Shown: positions 20,954 to 30,346, counted from the stretch's first letter. The stretch: DNA of 64,000 nucleotides from an uncultured Oscillospiraceae bacterium (GCA_964370605.1 CAYJJX010000009.1:2558-66557); one strand, 5' to 3'. Made by a program: numbers and translations. The notes: generated by a model not told the origin, from the sequence alone.

Positions 20954-21970
20954 TTATTCATCATCGCTCTGTTGTTCCGAAATTGCCGAGAGTGATGATC
21001 CATAGGTTGATGTCGAGGAGCTTTGCTGTTGTCCTACACCGCCTTGATCGAACACGTTCAGCGTGTTTCCGCTTCCGTCCTGAATTACGATACGTAGGTT
21101 TGGTAGCAGTTCTTCCATGGTCTCGTAGTACATACGCTCCTTGGTGATAAGTGGGAATCGAGCATATTCTTCATACATCGATTCAAAGCGTGACAACTGT
21201 CCATTAGCTTCGTTGACTCTCGACTCCTTTTGCGCTTGAGCGTTCTGCATGATCTGGTCCGCCCTTGCCTCTGCCGCCGGAATCTGTTCCGAGCGGTATT
21301 TGTTTGCAGTATTAACAATAGTATCCGCTTGTTGCTTTGCGGTTTCAACCGCCTTGAACGCATCGATTACTTCGGCGGTCGGTGGTTCAGCGTCCTGTAT
21401 AGTAATATTAACAAGCTGAAGGCCAATGTTGTCCTCCTCCAGACGTGCAATGATTTTATCTTTAATCTCGGATTGAATTTGGTTCTTTCCGGTCGTGATT
21501 ACATCGTCTACCGGATAAAGTCCGATGGTGTCACGGATAAAGCTCTGTACAATGTTTTTGAGAATGTTTTCGGGGTATTCGCTGGCATACATGTATTGAA
21601 TCGGGTCTGTCACCCTGTATTCGGCAAAAAAGTCAACATTAACAAAGTTAAAGTCGGAGGTGATCATCAGACTTTCTTCCGGATATGACACTTCTGAGTA
21701 CAGATCATAGCCGATGGCGAAACTGTTGATGGTCATATCAACAATGTGCACCTGTTGTACAAACGGTATCTTGAAGTGTAAGCCGCTAGTTGTGACCGTT
21801 TCCGGTGTTCCGAATGTTACTACCACCGCATTTTCCTGCTCGTTGATAGTATAAAATGAGTTGAGGGCGATGATGGCCACCACAATAATCGCCACAACGA
21901 TCCCTGCTTTTCCGACAATGCCTTTAACAAACTTGTCGGCACCGGCAGGTTTCATGTCTTTGAAATCCAT
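20954..21970 (-). CDS. hflK: SPFH/Band-7 protease modulator HflK
   Basis: 338 aa with a TM, an SPFH domain and a Gln/Ser-rich tail. Confidence 0.8.
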   Translation of the reverse strand: MDFKDMKPAGADKFVKGIVGKAGIVVAIIVVAIIALNSFYTINEQENAVVVTFGTPETVTTSGLHFKIPFVQQVHIVDMTINSFAIGYDLYSEVSYPEESLMITSDFNFVNVDFFAEYRVTDPIQYMYASEYPENILKNIVQSFIRDTIGLYPVDDVITTGKNQIQSEIKDKIIARLEEDNIGLQLVNITIQDAEPPTAEVIDAFKAVETAKQQADTIVNTANKYRSEQIPAAEARADQIMQNAQAQKESRVNEANGQLSRFESMYEEYARFPLITKERMYYETMEELLPNLRIVIQDGSGNTLNVFDQGGVGQQQSSSTSTYGSSLSAISEQQSDDE

Positions 21971-22021
21971 TTATATTCCTTTCTAAAATAAATAATACAA
22001 TTTGCGCATAAGTGTAGGTGA

Positions 22022-22050
22022 ATTCTATCATATGGTGTCGCAAAAGTCAA
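22022..22050 (-). promoter_or_regulatory. Sigma-A-type promoter for hflK-hflC (TTGACT-17-TAGAAT)
   Basis: Minus strand reads TTGACTtttgcgacaccatatgaTAGAAT. Confidence 0.55.
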
Positions 22051-22084
22051 ATGAGCAGGCAGTCCAAAAACTTTTGCTTTCACA

Positions 22085-23509
22085 TTATACCCGAATCTCA
22101 ACATCGTTCGACAAGAAATCACTGTTTTGTGCCAACACTTCGTCGACGATTACTAAAAACTCTTCTGTCTGTAGTCGGGCAATACCGGTAAGATTACTCT
22201 CCTCAATAATCTGCATAATTTCGTCCATAGTAAGCCCAAACCCTTCATCCTCTGCGATGCGTTCCAGCAGTCTGCTGTCTTCACCCTGTTTCAGTGCCGT
22301 CGCGGCCGCTATCGAATGTTTGCGTATCAGCTCATGTACCGTCTGTCGATCCTTGCCCTGCTTCACACAGTGCATCAAAATATTCTCGGTCACCATAAAC
22401 GGCAATTCACCGTCCAGGCGACGCTTTATAATCTTCGGAAATACGGTTAGCCCGCCTATTATATTCGAGTAGAGCGCAAGAATCGCATCAACCGACAAAA
22501 ACGCCTCCGGTATAGAAATTCTCCGATTTGCCGAATCGTCCAAGGTGCGCTCAAACCACTGAGAGGAGGCGGTAAGCGCCGGATTTAGCGCATCGGTCAT
22601 CACATATCTTGCGAGTGAGGCAATTCGCTCACTTCTCATCGGATTGCGCTTATATGCCATTGCCGAAGACCCGACCTGTTTCGATTCAAACGGTTCCTCA
22701 ACTTCACGTAAATTTGATAGCAGACGTATATCGTTTGAAAACTTATAACTGCTCTGTGCAATGCCGGAGAGTACCGACATTATATAAAAATCAACTTTTC
22801 GAGAATAGGTCTGCCCTCCGACCGGATAGATGGCATCGAATCCCATTTTTTTTGCAATAAGGAGTTCAAGACGCTTTATCTTGTCAACATCTCCGTCGAA
22901 TAACGAAACGAAACTCGCCGCCGTTCCTGTGGTGCCCTTGCAACCGAAAAACTTTAAATTATCGATAACAAAGTTAAGTTGTTCCAGATCAAGCAACAAC
23001 TCATTGACCCAAAGGGTTGCGCGTTTTCCGACTGTAGTAGGCTGCGCCGGCTGAAAATGGGTGAATGCTAAGCAGGAAAGGTCTTTATGTTCTCTTGCAA
23101 ACTCCGCCGCTTTTCTTATTACGGTTACAAGCCGTTTCTTTATTATAATCAATGCCTCTCGCTGTTGGAGCAGGTCGGTGTTGTCACCGACATAGCTGGA
23201 GGTGGCTCCGAGATGTATAATGGGTCTTGCATTGGGGCAGACGTCGCCAAAGGCATGGATGTGCGCCATTACATCGTGCCGAAGATCCTTTTCATATTTT
23301 GCAGCGGCGTCATAATCAATGTTGTCAACGTTGGCACGCATCTCGTCAAGTTGCACCTCTGTAATATCAAGCCCCAATTCTTTTTGACTCTCGGCAAGCG
23401 CTATCCATAGCCGTCTCCAATACCCAAACTTGCTGTCGGCAGAAAAAACTGCCTGCATCTCTTCGCCGGAGTACCGCCCGCAAAGCGGACTTTCGTATCT
23501 GTTGTGCAT
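22085..23509 (-). CDS. purB: Adenylosuccinate lyase
   Basis: 474 aa with the fumarate-lyase signature GSSAMAYKRNP and a PurB N-terminus MHNRYESPLCGRYSGEEM. Confidence 0.92.
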   Translation of the reverse strand: MHNRYESPLCGRYSGEEMQAVFSADSKFGYWRRLWIALAESQKELGLDITEVQLDEMRANVDNIDYDAAAKYEKDLRHDVMAHIHAFGDVCPNARPIIHLGATSSYVGDNTDLLQQREALIIIKKRLVTVIRKAAEFAREHKDLSCLAFTHFQPAQPTTVGKRATLWVNELLLDLEQLNFVIDNLKFFGCKGTTGTAASFVSLFDGDVDKIKRLELLIAKKMGFDAIYPVGGQTYSRKVDFYIMSVLSGIAQSSYKFSNDIRLLSNLREVEEPFESKQVGSSAMAYKRNPMRSERIASLARYVMTDALNPALTASSQWFERTLDDSANRRISIPEAFLSVDAILALYSNIIGGLTVFPKIIKRRLDGELPFMVTENILMHCVKQGKDRQTVHELIRKHSIAAATALKQGEDSRLLERIAEDEGFGLTMDEIMQIIEESNLTGIARLQTEEFLVIVDEVLAQNSDFLSNDVEIRV

Positions 23510-23646
23510 TTACTTTTATTCCTTTCCCAATGTTCTATCCGATTTCACCACAACCGTGATAAATTGACTAAACTACACCGAATATAGATACCGGTCGCAA
23601 ATAGAATGACTATACTGAACTTCGGTCTATGTTTTCTGATGACCTC

Positions 23647-23676
23647 ATTATAGCATAATAATGCAAGATTATGCAA
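23647..23676 (-). promoter_or_regulatory. Promoter for purB (TTGCAT-18-TGcTATAAT, extended -10)
   Basis: Minus strand reads TTGCATaatcttgcattattaTGCTATAAT. Confidence 0.55.
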
Positions 23677-23715
23677 TTATTTTTCGTTGTTATCATAGGT
23701 TTTTTAAAATAACGG

Positions 23716-23744
23716 TTGAAATAACAATCTATTTGTTGTATAAT
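23716..23744 (+). promoter_or_regulatory. Promoter for the OadG/OadB-like pair (TTGAAA-17-TATAAT)
   Basis: TTGAAAtaacaatctatttgttgTATAAT, followed by a 5' UTR hairpin GGTTTTTG-tgcgtt-CAAAAACC (23755-23776). Confidence 0.6.
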
Positions 23745-23811
23745 GTTTAAGGTAGGTTTTTGTGCGTTCAAAAACCACTAACGAGTTACAAATATTATTT
23801 TTGGAGGTATT

Positions 23812-24177
23812 ATGGCTTCACCTGCGGTGCTGACCGTCGTTTTGACCGGCGTTTCGCTCGTCTTCTTTGTTCTTCTTCTTCTCACGGTACTAATTCTCAT
23901 TTTCGGAAAGATAATGAGCTCTTTCAATAAAAAACCGACAGCTGTGGCTACCCCGACACCAACAGCCGCTCCTGCTGCTCCTGCAGCGACACCAAGTGTC
24001 GCCGCCGCTGTTATGGTGGATGATACCGAGCTTATCGCTGTAATCTCTGCCGCTGTCGCCGCTATGGGTGGTGGCACTGTTGTATCGGTCACGAAACAAC
24101 CTGCCACGGTCGGAAATGCGACCTCAGTCAACGGATGGAAACAAGCGACCATCATCTCGTATCTACAACAAGTTTAA
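23812..24177 (+). CDS. OadG-family small subunit of a Na+-translocating decarboxylase (gamma/delta type)
   Basis: 121 aa with an N-terminal TM (VLTGVSLVFFVLLLLTVLILIF), an Ala/Pro-rich linker and ELIAVISAAVAAM. Confidence 0.75.
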   Translation: MASPAVLTVVLTGVSLVFFVLLLLTVLILIFGKIMSSFNKKPTAVATPTPTAAPAAPAATPSVAAAVMVDDTELIAVISAAVAAMGGGTVVSVTKQPATVGNATSVNGWKQATIISYLQQV

Positions 24178-24200
24178 TTGCATAGGAAAGGGCTTATAAC

Positions 24201-25334
24201 ATGGCAGAATTTTTCGATACCATTGTATCCATTGTAACCAACTCCGGCTTTGCCGCATTTGCAGAGGAACCGCTTTCCTTGGTGATGATCGCTATAGCTT
24301 GTTTCTTGTTGTGGCTTGCCATAGCCAAAAAATTTGAACCGCTTCTTCTTTTGCCGATCGCTTTCGGTATGTTGCTTGCAAACCTTCCGCTGTCGGGTCT
24401 TGCAAATACCGACGAAGGTGGACTATTTTATTATATGTACCAAGGCGTAAAGCTTGGCATCTACCCGCCGCTCATCTTCCTTGGTGTCGGCACCATGACC
24501 GATTTCGGTCCGCTTATCGCGAATCCCAAGAGCATGCTCCTCGGAGCCGCGGCTCAGATCGGTATCTTCGGAACATATTGGGGAGCTATCGCTCTCGGAT
24601 TTCTTCCTAACGAGGCGGGTTCCATCGCCATCATTGGCGGAGCGGACGGCCCGACTGCTATCTACACCACCGGCATACTGGCACCCGACCTGCTCGGACC
24701 CATTGCCGTTGCGGCCTACTCCTATATGGCTCTCGTGCCGATCATTCAGCCTCCGATCATGAAGGCTCTTACCAGCAAAAAAGAGCGCTCCATCAAGATG
24801 GAACAGCTCCGTGATGTTTCTAAAAAAGAGAAAATCATCTTTCCGATCCTTTGTACTATTGTCATCTCGCTTCTTCTCCCGTCAGCCGCTCCGCTTGTCG
24901 GCATGTTGATGCTCGGAAACCTTTTGCGTGAGTCGGGTGTTGTGGAACGTCTCAACAAGACTGCCGGGAATGAACTCATGAACATTGTTACCATCTTGCT
25001 CGGTATCTCGGTTGGTTCTACCACCAAAGCATCGACCTTCCTTAGCCCACAGACATTGCTGATCATTGTGCTTGGTCTCGTTGCATTCGCCGTTGGTACT
25101 GCCTCAGGCGTATTGTTCGGAAAGATCATGTGCAAACTGACCGGCGGCAAGGTCAATCCGCTTATCGGATCTGCCGGTGTTTCCGCCGTTCCGATGGCCG
25201 CACGTGTATCACAAAAAGTCGGTCAGGATGAAAATCCTCAAAACTATCTGCTCATGCATGCAATGGGCCCGAACGTTGCCGGTGTTATCGGTTCTGCTGT
25301 CGCTGCCGGTATTCTCATCAACATCCTGTCGTAG
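24201..25334 (+). CDS. Na+-translocating decarboxylase beta subunit (OadB/MmdB/GcdB family)
   Basis: 377 aa polytopic protein with family-typical segments such as [12 protein letters not shown] and [13 protein letters not shown]. Confidence 0.88.
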   Translation: MAEFFDTIVSIVTNSGFAAFAEEPLSLVMIAIACFLLWLAIAKKFEPLLLLPIAFGMLLANLPLSGLANTDEGGLFYYMYQGVKLGIYPPLIFLGVGTMTDFGPLIANPKSMLLGAAAQIGIFGTYWGAIALGFLPNEAGSIAIIGGADGPTAIYTTGILAPDLLGPIAVAAYSYMALVPIIQPPIMKALTSKKERSIKMEQLRDVSKKEKIIFPILCTIVISLLLPSAAPLVGMLMLGNLLRESGVVERLNKTAGNELMNIVTILLGISVGSTTKASTFLSPQTLLIIVLGLVAFAVGTASGVLFGKIMCKLTGGKVNPLIGSAGVSAVPMAARVSQKVGQDENPQNYLLMHAMGPNVAGVIGSAVAAGILINILS

Positions 25335-25360
25335 TTTTTTATTACAGATTTGATTATTTT

Positions 25361-25398
25361 AAAAGCCATGAATGGTCACACCATTCATGGCTTTTTTG
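25361..25398 (+). terminator. Intrinsic terminator after the decarboxylase beta gene
   Basis: AAAAGCCATGAATGG-tcaca-CCATTCATGGCTTTT followed by TTG. Confidence 0.85.
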
Positions 25399-25525
25399 TT
25401 CTATGGCTTGCCAAAACTTTAATTCGGTTTGGTAACTTGTGCCAATACTTCTTTAGCTTGTTGCATGCCGCAGTGTCGAAAGGATTAAAACTGTTTTCAA
25501 AACCTTTATCCCAAACTTCATTCAT
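25385..25525 (-). CDS. Candidate 46-aa small ORF (hypothetical)
   Basis: Below the ORF-track size cut-off. MNEVWDKGFENSFNPFDTAACNKLKKYWHKLPNRIKVLASHRTKKP. AAAGGG lies 5 nt before the ATG, and the ORF ends inside the 25361-25395 hairpin. No homology recognised. Confidence 0.25.
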   Translation of the reverse strand: MNEVWDKGFENSFNPFDTAACNKLKKYWHKLPNRIKVLASHRTKKP

Positions 25526-25725
25526 ACAGCCCTTTTGTTAAAAAAATAAGCTCGCCACTGCGCTGTAAAAAAGACTCCGATAGCTATCACCTAATGTTAT
25601 AGTAGTTCAGCTTAAAAAACAATATGTTTTCCAAGTTGATTGATTATACATCGGATTATTGTCTTGTTTGATAGTCAAAGTCGTGCTACAATTCCTTGAC
25701 TATCCAATCATTTCCGTGCGGATAC

Positions 25726-25762
25726 AAAAAGACATGCAACAAAACTTAATTGCTGCATGTCT
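25726..25762 (-). terminator. Intrinsic terminator of the rpsF-ssb-rpsR operon
   Basis: Minus strand reads AGACATGCAGCAATTAAGTTTTGTTGCATGTCT followed by TTTTG. Confidence 0.8.
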
Positions 25763-25801
25763 TATCTGCTATATTATTGTGCCCTACGACAATAAAAATT
25801 A

Positions 25802-26062
25802 TTAGTCGTTGGTGTACGGCATCAATGCGACATATCTCGAGCGCTTGATAGCGACTGCGAGCATACGCTGATGTGCGGCACAGGTGCCGGTCACACGGCG
25901 AGGTATGATCTTGGAGCGTTCGGTGATGAACTTGCGAAGACGAACAAGATCTTTGTAATCAATCTGCTTTGTATTGTCGGCACAGAAGGTGCAAACCTTT
26001 TTGCGCGGACGACGGGAGGCGGCACGTACTGCTGCACTTCCGCTTTCGGATGGGTTAGCCAT
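25802..26062 (-). CDS. rpsR: 30S ribosomal protein S18
   Basis: 86 aa with KKVCTFC...[33 protein letters not shown]. Confidence 0.95.
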   Translation of the reverse strand: MANPSESGSAAVRAASRRPRKKVCTFCADNTKQIDYKDLVRLRKFITERSKIIPRRVTGTCAAHQRMLAVAIKRSRYVALMPYTND

Positions 26063-26102
26063 ATTCTTAATTCTCCTTGATATTGTTGTGTGATTTTTTT
26101 CT

Positions 26103-26546
26103 TTAGAACGGGAGGTCTTCGCTGTCGTCTACGACGGTAAAATCGTCGTTCGAGCCGGTCGAATAGCTCATGTCAGATCCGCCGCCTGCCGGTATGGAAG
26201 GAGCGGGGATTGAGCCAGAGGACGAAGAACCTTTGCTCTCCGCAAAAGAGATGTTGTCGGCAACCACTTCAAAGGCATAGCGATTGTTGCCATCCTTGTC
26301 GGTATAGTTGCGGGTCTGGATTGAGCCGGAAACGCCCATCATATTGCCTTTTCTGAAATACTTTGCGGCAAACTCGGCGGTGTTGCGCCAGGCGACAACG
26401 TCGATAAAGTCGGCTTTGCGTTCTTCACCGTGCTTTACATATGCACGGTTGACGGCGATGCGCATGCGTGTAACCTGAACTCCCTGCGGAGTTTGTCTCA
26501 GCTCCGGGTCAGCCACGAGGCGACCGAGCAATGCAACCACATTCAT
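26103..26546 (-). CDS. ssb: Single-stranded DNA-binding protein
   Basis: 147 aa with an OB fold ([19 protein letters not shown]), a Gly/Ser linker and an acidic DDSEDLPF tip. Confidence 0.93.
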   Translation of the reverse strand: MNVVALLGRLVADPELRQTPQGVQVTRMRIAVNRAYVKHGEERKADFIDVVAWRNTAEFAAKYFRKGNMMGVSGSIQTRNYTDKDGNNRYAFEVVADNISFAESKGSSSSGSIPAPSIPAGGGSDMSYSTGSNDDFTVVDDSEDLPF

Positions 26547-26607
26547 CCTAAAACCATTCCTTTCTCGATTGTTTGCAAATAACGGTGCAAAATCCGTATG
26601 TGGAGAA

Positions 26608-26892
26608 CTAGTCCTCCAAAGCGATAATCATAGTACGCAGGATACCGTCGGTGATGTTGAAAATACGTGTCAACTCTTTCGGGAAGTCTGCGTTGCTCTC
26701 AAAGTGACAGAGAATGTAGTATCCGTCATTTTGATAGTTGATGGGATAGGCGAGACGACGCTTGCCCCACTCATCAAAGCTCTCGATGGTCGCATTCTGT
26801 TCGATGATACCGCGAAGTTTCGCGATAAGCGCTGTCAGCGCCTCTTCGTCCTTGTTACAGGACAGAACCATCATTACTTCATACTTGTTCAT
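26608..26892 (-). CDS. rpsF: 30S ribosomal protein S6
   Basis: Start trimmed to ATG 26892 (MNKYEVMMVLS), behind GAAAGGAA, giving 94 aa. The ORF-track N-terminal extension is 5' UTR. Confidence 0.93.
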   Translation of the reverse strand: MNKYEVMMVLSCNKDEEALTALIAKLRGIIEQNATIESFDEWGKRRLAYPINYQNDGYYILCHFESNADFPKELTRIFNITDGILRTMIIALED

Positions 26893-27119
26893 GTAATGTT
26901 TCCGTTCCTTTCTGCACATTTTGTGCGGTTGAATCCGATACTGAGGCAGAATTTCGGTCATAACAACCGGAAAACCACAAAACTGCAAGTCAAGAAACTT
27001 GTATTTGTAAATGGTCAATTCCAAGCACGAAATTAGATTTCGTACTGCCTCCTTACGGGCTAAGCGGCGATTTCTCGCCGAAGGATGCACTATGTTTCTT
27101 CTACATAGTTAGCCTGTAT
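26893..27119 (-). promoter_or_regulatory. Long (about 220 nt) structured 5' leader of rpsF-ssb-rpsR (candidate ribosomal-protein autoregulatory leader)
   Basis: Lies between the consensus promoter and the start codon. Several hairpins are readable on the minus strand: CTATGT..ACATAG and GGCGA..TCGCC enclosed by GGCTAA..TTAGCC, then ACGAAAT..ATTTCGT, and GCACA..TGTGC next to the SD. Confidence 0.45.
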
Positions 27120-27148
27120 ATTATATAATATTAGTGCCGATATGTCAA
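27120..27148 (-). promoter_or_regulatory. Consensus sigma-A promoter for rpsF (TTGACA-17-TATAAT)
   Basis: Minus strand reads TTGACAtatcggcactaatattaTATAAT. Confidence 0.7.
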
Positions 27149-27184
27149 GATGTTTTGCAATATTTGCAGAAACCCTCACTGCAA

Positions 27185-28201
27185 CTATATTTTATTGGCT
27201 TTCTTCGCAATCGCACGAAGCAGGCGATTTCCGGGGAGTTTGAACTCGCCCGCCGTCTCGTATATCTCGCCGGTGAAGTTGCGTTTGAAACCCAAGACAT
27301 TGTAAAGCTGTTCACTATCTTCCGGCCTGACAGCCACACCCTGCATGTCATAGGTATGACAGCCGCCCTCCAACGCCCACTGCATCAGTGTCCACTGCAA
27401 AAGATAGGTCGGGCGCAGATTGCGGTTTTTATCGGTAGAGGCACCATAGACATGGGCGGTGCGTCCTGCATATTGTACCGCGATACCGCCACAAAGCGCT
27501 TCGTCACCGTTATAACAAACATAAAGACGTGCATGCTCCGGAAAGGCACGCAAGAAACCTTCAAGATATTCTTTGGGGCGAATGTTGAACCCTTGCCGCT
27601 CACCGGTCTTTTTGTAAATGTCATAAAAATCGTCCAGCATCTCGACCGGCTGGTGTTTGCAAACTATCCCCTTTTTTGCCGGATAGCGAACATAATACCT
27701 CGTCTCGCGGACAAAACTTGCCATCAGGCTCTCTTCGTCCTTGTCGTTGAGGTCAACAATATAGTTGTATCGTGGCTGCACTGTCGACGAGAACGGTGCA
27801 TTCGGCAAAAACTCACAGCCTGCCGCTGTGAATGAACCAATCCCCTTTTCGTCACCCACATCGAGAAGCGGATCAAACACAAATTCCAGTGCTTTATGCT
27901 TTTTCACCAGTTGCTTTGCGCCGTCAATCAGCGCTTTTACGACCTCGCTATCGCCATAATCGCAGACAGGACCACGTGGAACATAAATATACGAAACGGG
28001 GCCGACCTTTCGAATGATGGCGGCAAAACCACCGACAATCTCGCCGTCACGGCGCACGACACAAAGCTGTTGTAACCAGCCTTTTTTGGCTTTAACCCAG
28101 TTGACACTCTGCATAAAGTTACCGTTTTTATGGTTTTGCACAAATTGTTCAAACTCTTCGGCACACTCTGACGGAAGATATTCATAGCTAATCAATGGCA
28201 A
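27185..28201 (-). CDS. FemAB-family peptidoglycan interpeptide-bridge aminoacyltransferase
   Basis: 338 aa with FMQSVNWVKAKKGW and a duplicated GNAT-like fold typical of FemX/FemA. Confidence 0.8.
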   Translation of the reverse strand: MPLISYEYLPSECAEEFEQFVQNHKNGNFMQSVNWVKAKKGWLQQLCVVRRDGEIVGGFAAIIRKVGPVSYIYVPRGPVCDYGDSEVVKALIDGAKQLVKKHKALEFVFDPLLDVGDEKGIGSFTAAGCEFLPNAPFSSTVQPRYNYIVDLNDKDEESLMASFVRETRYYVRYPAKKGIVCKHQPVEMLDDFYDIYKKTGERQGFNIRPKEYLEGFLRAFPEHARLYVCYNGDEALCGGIAVQYAGRTAHVYGASTDKNRNLRPTYLLQWTLMQWALEGGCHTYDMQGVAVRPEDSEQLYNVLGFKRNFTGEIYETAGEFKLPGNRLLRAIAKKANKI

Positions 28202-28958
28202 AAATCTCCTTTGTATTTTGCAGCACCTGCTTTAGCAAAGCCTCTTTTTTCTCTCTGCGAAGCTCTGCAATCGCCGCCGCTGTATAGTCTATCATGGCGG
28301 AGTCACAGCGTTTCCCTCGATATGGCACCGGCGCAAGGTATGGACAGTCGGTCTCCAGCAACAGCATATCAAACGGCACCTTTGCCGACACCTCTTTGAC
28401 CGTCTTTGCGTTGTTGAAGGTCACGATTCCGCCAATGCCGATGTATATGCCAAGTTTTGTCACCTCCTGCATATACTCAACACTGCCGGAAAAGCAGTGC
28501 ATCACTCCCTTGATGGGATATTTTTTCAGCAGTTCCAGCATGTCTGCATATGCGTCTCGATTATGAAGCAGTACCGGAATATCCAGCTCCAGCGCCAATT
28601 TAAGCTGTGCCTCAAAGAGCTGTTTTTGTTGTTCACGGTCGGTGTCGTAATAATAGTCCAGTCCGCACTCACCGAGTGCTACCGTTTTTTTTGTTTCAAG
28701 AAGCCTCGGCATCTCTTCACCGATAACCGATAAGAGGTTGTTTATTTCACCGTCCCGAAGTGCCTCGGGGTGAAGTCCGTAGGCGCTGTATATTCGCTCG
28801 TAACGTGTCGATAACTCACCGCATTTCGCAAAATCTTTTGGTTCGGCACAGCAGTCGATTATCCCGACTACCTCACCGTCAAACATACTTTGCAACAACT
28901 CATCACGATCCTCGTCAAATGCACTTGAATTATAGTGTGCGTGGCTGTCAAATATCAT
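28188..28958 (-). CDS. TatD-family metal-dependent hydrolase
   Basis: 256 aa with MIFDSHAHY, GECGLDYY and LETDCPYL. It overlaps the FemAB start by 14 nt. Confidence 0.88.
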   Translation of the reverse strand: MIFDSHAHYNSSAFDEDRDELLQSMFDGEVVGIIDCCAEPKDFAKCGELSTRYERIYSAYGLHPEALRDGEINNLLSVIGEEMPRLLETKKTVALGECGLDYYYDTDREQQKQLFEAQLKLALELDIPVLLHNRDAYADMLELLKKYPIKGVMHCFSGSVEYMQEVTKLGIYIGIGGIVTFNNAKTVKEVSAKVPFDMLLLETDCPYLAPVPYRGKRCDSAMIDYTAAAIAELRREKKEALLKQVLQNTKEIFAID

Positions 28959-28990
28959 ATATTTCTATTTTCCGTTTCCTTTTGTAGCTT

Positions 28991-30250
28991 TTATTCTTGG
29001 TCGCCATTTACCTGTTTATCTCTTGCCGATACCTTTATTATGCGCTGATCCACCAGCTGCGAAACGGTATAAGTAAAATATTCATCGCTATGCTCGTGTC
29101 CCTCGGGCGGCAAAAAGCCGAGGCTATCCAGAAGATAGGCGGCAACGGTCACGTCACCGACATCTTTCGGCACCTTAAGGTCACGAAGGTCATACAGTTC
29201 TGTGAGTGGAGTATCGCCCGACATGCTCATCATGCCATCCTCCTCGACGGTGATCTCTCGCAACACCTCGTCATGCTCGTCCCAAATTTCTCCGACCAAC
29301 TCCTCCAAAATATCCTCAAGGGTAACAATTCCCTCGGTGCCGCCAAAACTGTCTACCACCACCGCAATATGCGTTTTTTCTTTGTCAAGCAGTCGCAAAA
29401 GCTCAAGAAGTGGCATCCTTGGCGGAACATATATGGGTTTTTGCATCATCTGAGGTATATTGATTTCCTCGCCGCCCAGTAATGCGGAATAAAAATCTTT
29501 TTGGTTGACAATGCCGACAATCTCGTCGATGGTATTTTCATAGACGGGAAGCCGGGAAAAATGCTCCGACAAAAACGTTTCTTTCAGCGTCTCGGCAGTG
29601 GCATCTGTCGGAAGAGCAATGATATCGACACGGTGGGTGATAATATCGCCGGCAGTACGTCCGGAAAACTGCAACGCCGACTGCAAAAGCTCTGATTGTT
29701 GTTCCTCAATCACGCCCTCGTCCTCAATCTCCTCGATGATGACACGGAGTTCATCCTCCGTCATCACACCGCCCTTTTTGCCGTCACTTCGCACCATCTT
29801 TGCAGAAAGTTTGCGAAGGCCGATCAGAACGATAATTACCGGAAAAAATACTATCCTCAAAAAAATCAAAAACGGCGACGCAAATTTTAAAAGCGCCTCC
29901 GGTGTTTCGTTTGCAAAACTTTTAGGCATGACCTCACCAAACACGATGACGACACAGGTTACTATCAACGTTGCGATAGCAATACCGGACGCTCCGAGCA
30001 GTTCGGTAAATATGGCTGTGGTCAGTGCGGCGGTCAGCGTATTTACGATATTGTTTCCGACCAGCAGTGCAATGAGCGATCGGTCATAACTTTCGATCAA
30101 CTTCAAGGCACGGTTTGCCGATCTGCTTCCCTCTTCCTGTTCCACCTTGAGTTTAATTCGGGACGAGGCGGTCAGCGCCGTCTCGGACGACGAAAAAAAT
30201 GCCGAGAGCAGAATCAGAATGACCAATATCGGTATTAGTACGGTAGTTAT
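28991..30250 (-). CDS. CNNM/hemolysin-family protein (DUF21 - CBS pair - CorC_HlyC)
   Basis: The ORF track starts at TTG 30226, which truncates TM1. The in-frame codon ATA 30248-30250 lies 5 nt after AAAGGAGG, so I extended the gene to it. The start codon remains uncertain. Confidence 0.8.
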   Translation of the reverse strand: MTTVLIPILVILILLSAFFSSSETALTASSRIKLKVEQEEGSRSANRALKLIESYDRSLIALLVGNNIVNTLTAALTTAIFTELLGASGIAIATLIVTCVVIVFGEVMPKSFANETPEALLKFASPFLIFLRIVFFPVIIVLIGLRKLSAKMVRSDGKKGGVMTEDELRVIIEEIEDEGVIEEQQSELLQSALQFSGRTAGDIITHRVDIIALPTDATAETLKETFLSEHFSRLPVYENTIDEIVGIVNQKDFYSALLGGEEINIPQMMQKPIYVPPRMPLLELLRLLDKEKTHIAVVVDSFGGTEGIVTLEDILEELVGEIWDEHDEVLREITVEEDGMMSMSGDTPLTELYDLRDLKVPKDVGDVTVAAYLLDSLGFLPPEGHEHSDEYFTYTVSQLVDQRIIKVSARDKQVNGDQE

Positions 30251-30346
30251 TTTAGCCTCCTTTTATCGAGCTTATCGTATATTTTGCAATAGCATTGTTT
30301 CAACTTGTTTCTATTGTTAGCGCGCTTTAAGCCGTTTGGCAAATGC

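Noticed and set aside
23778-24155. 125-aa minus-strand ORF antisense to the OadG-like gene.
   Set aside because: It is the mirror image of the Ala/Pro-rich linker (GCN/CCN codons read as Ala/Gly/Ser on the other strand). It has no start context. The sense strand has a clear OadG architecture and promoter.
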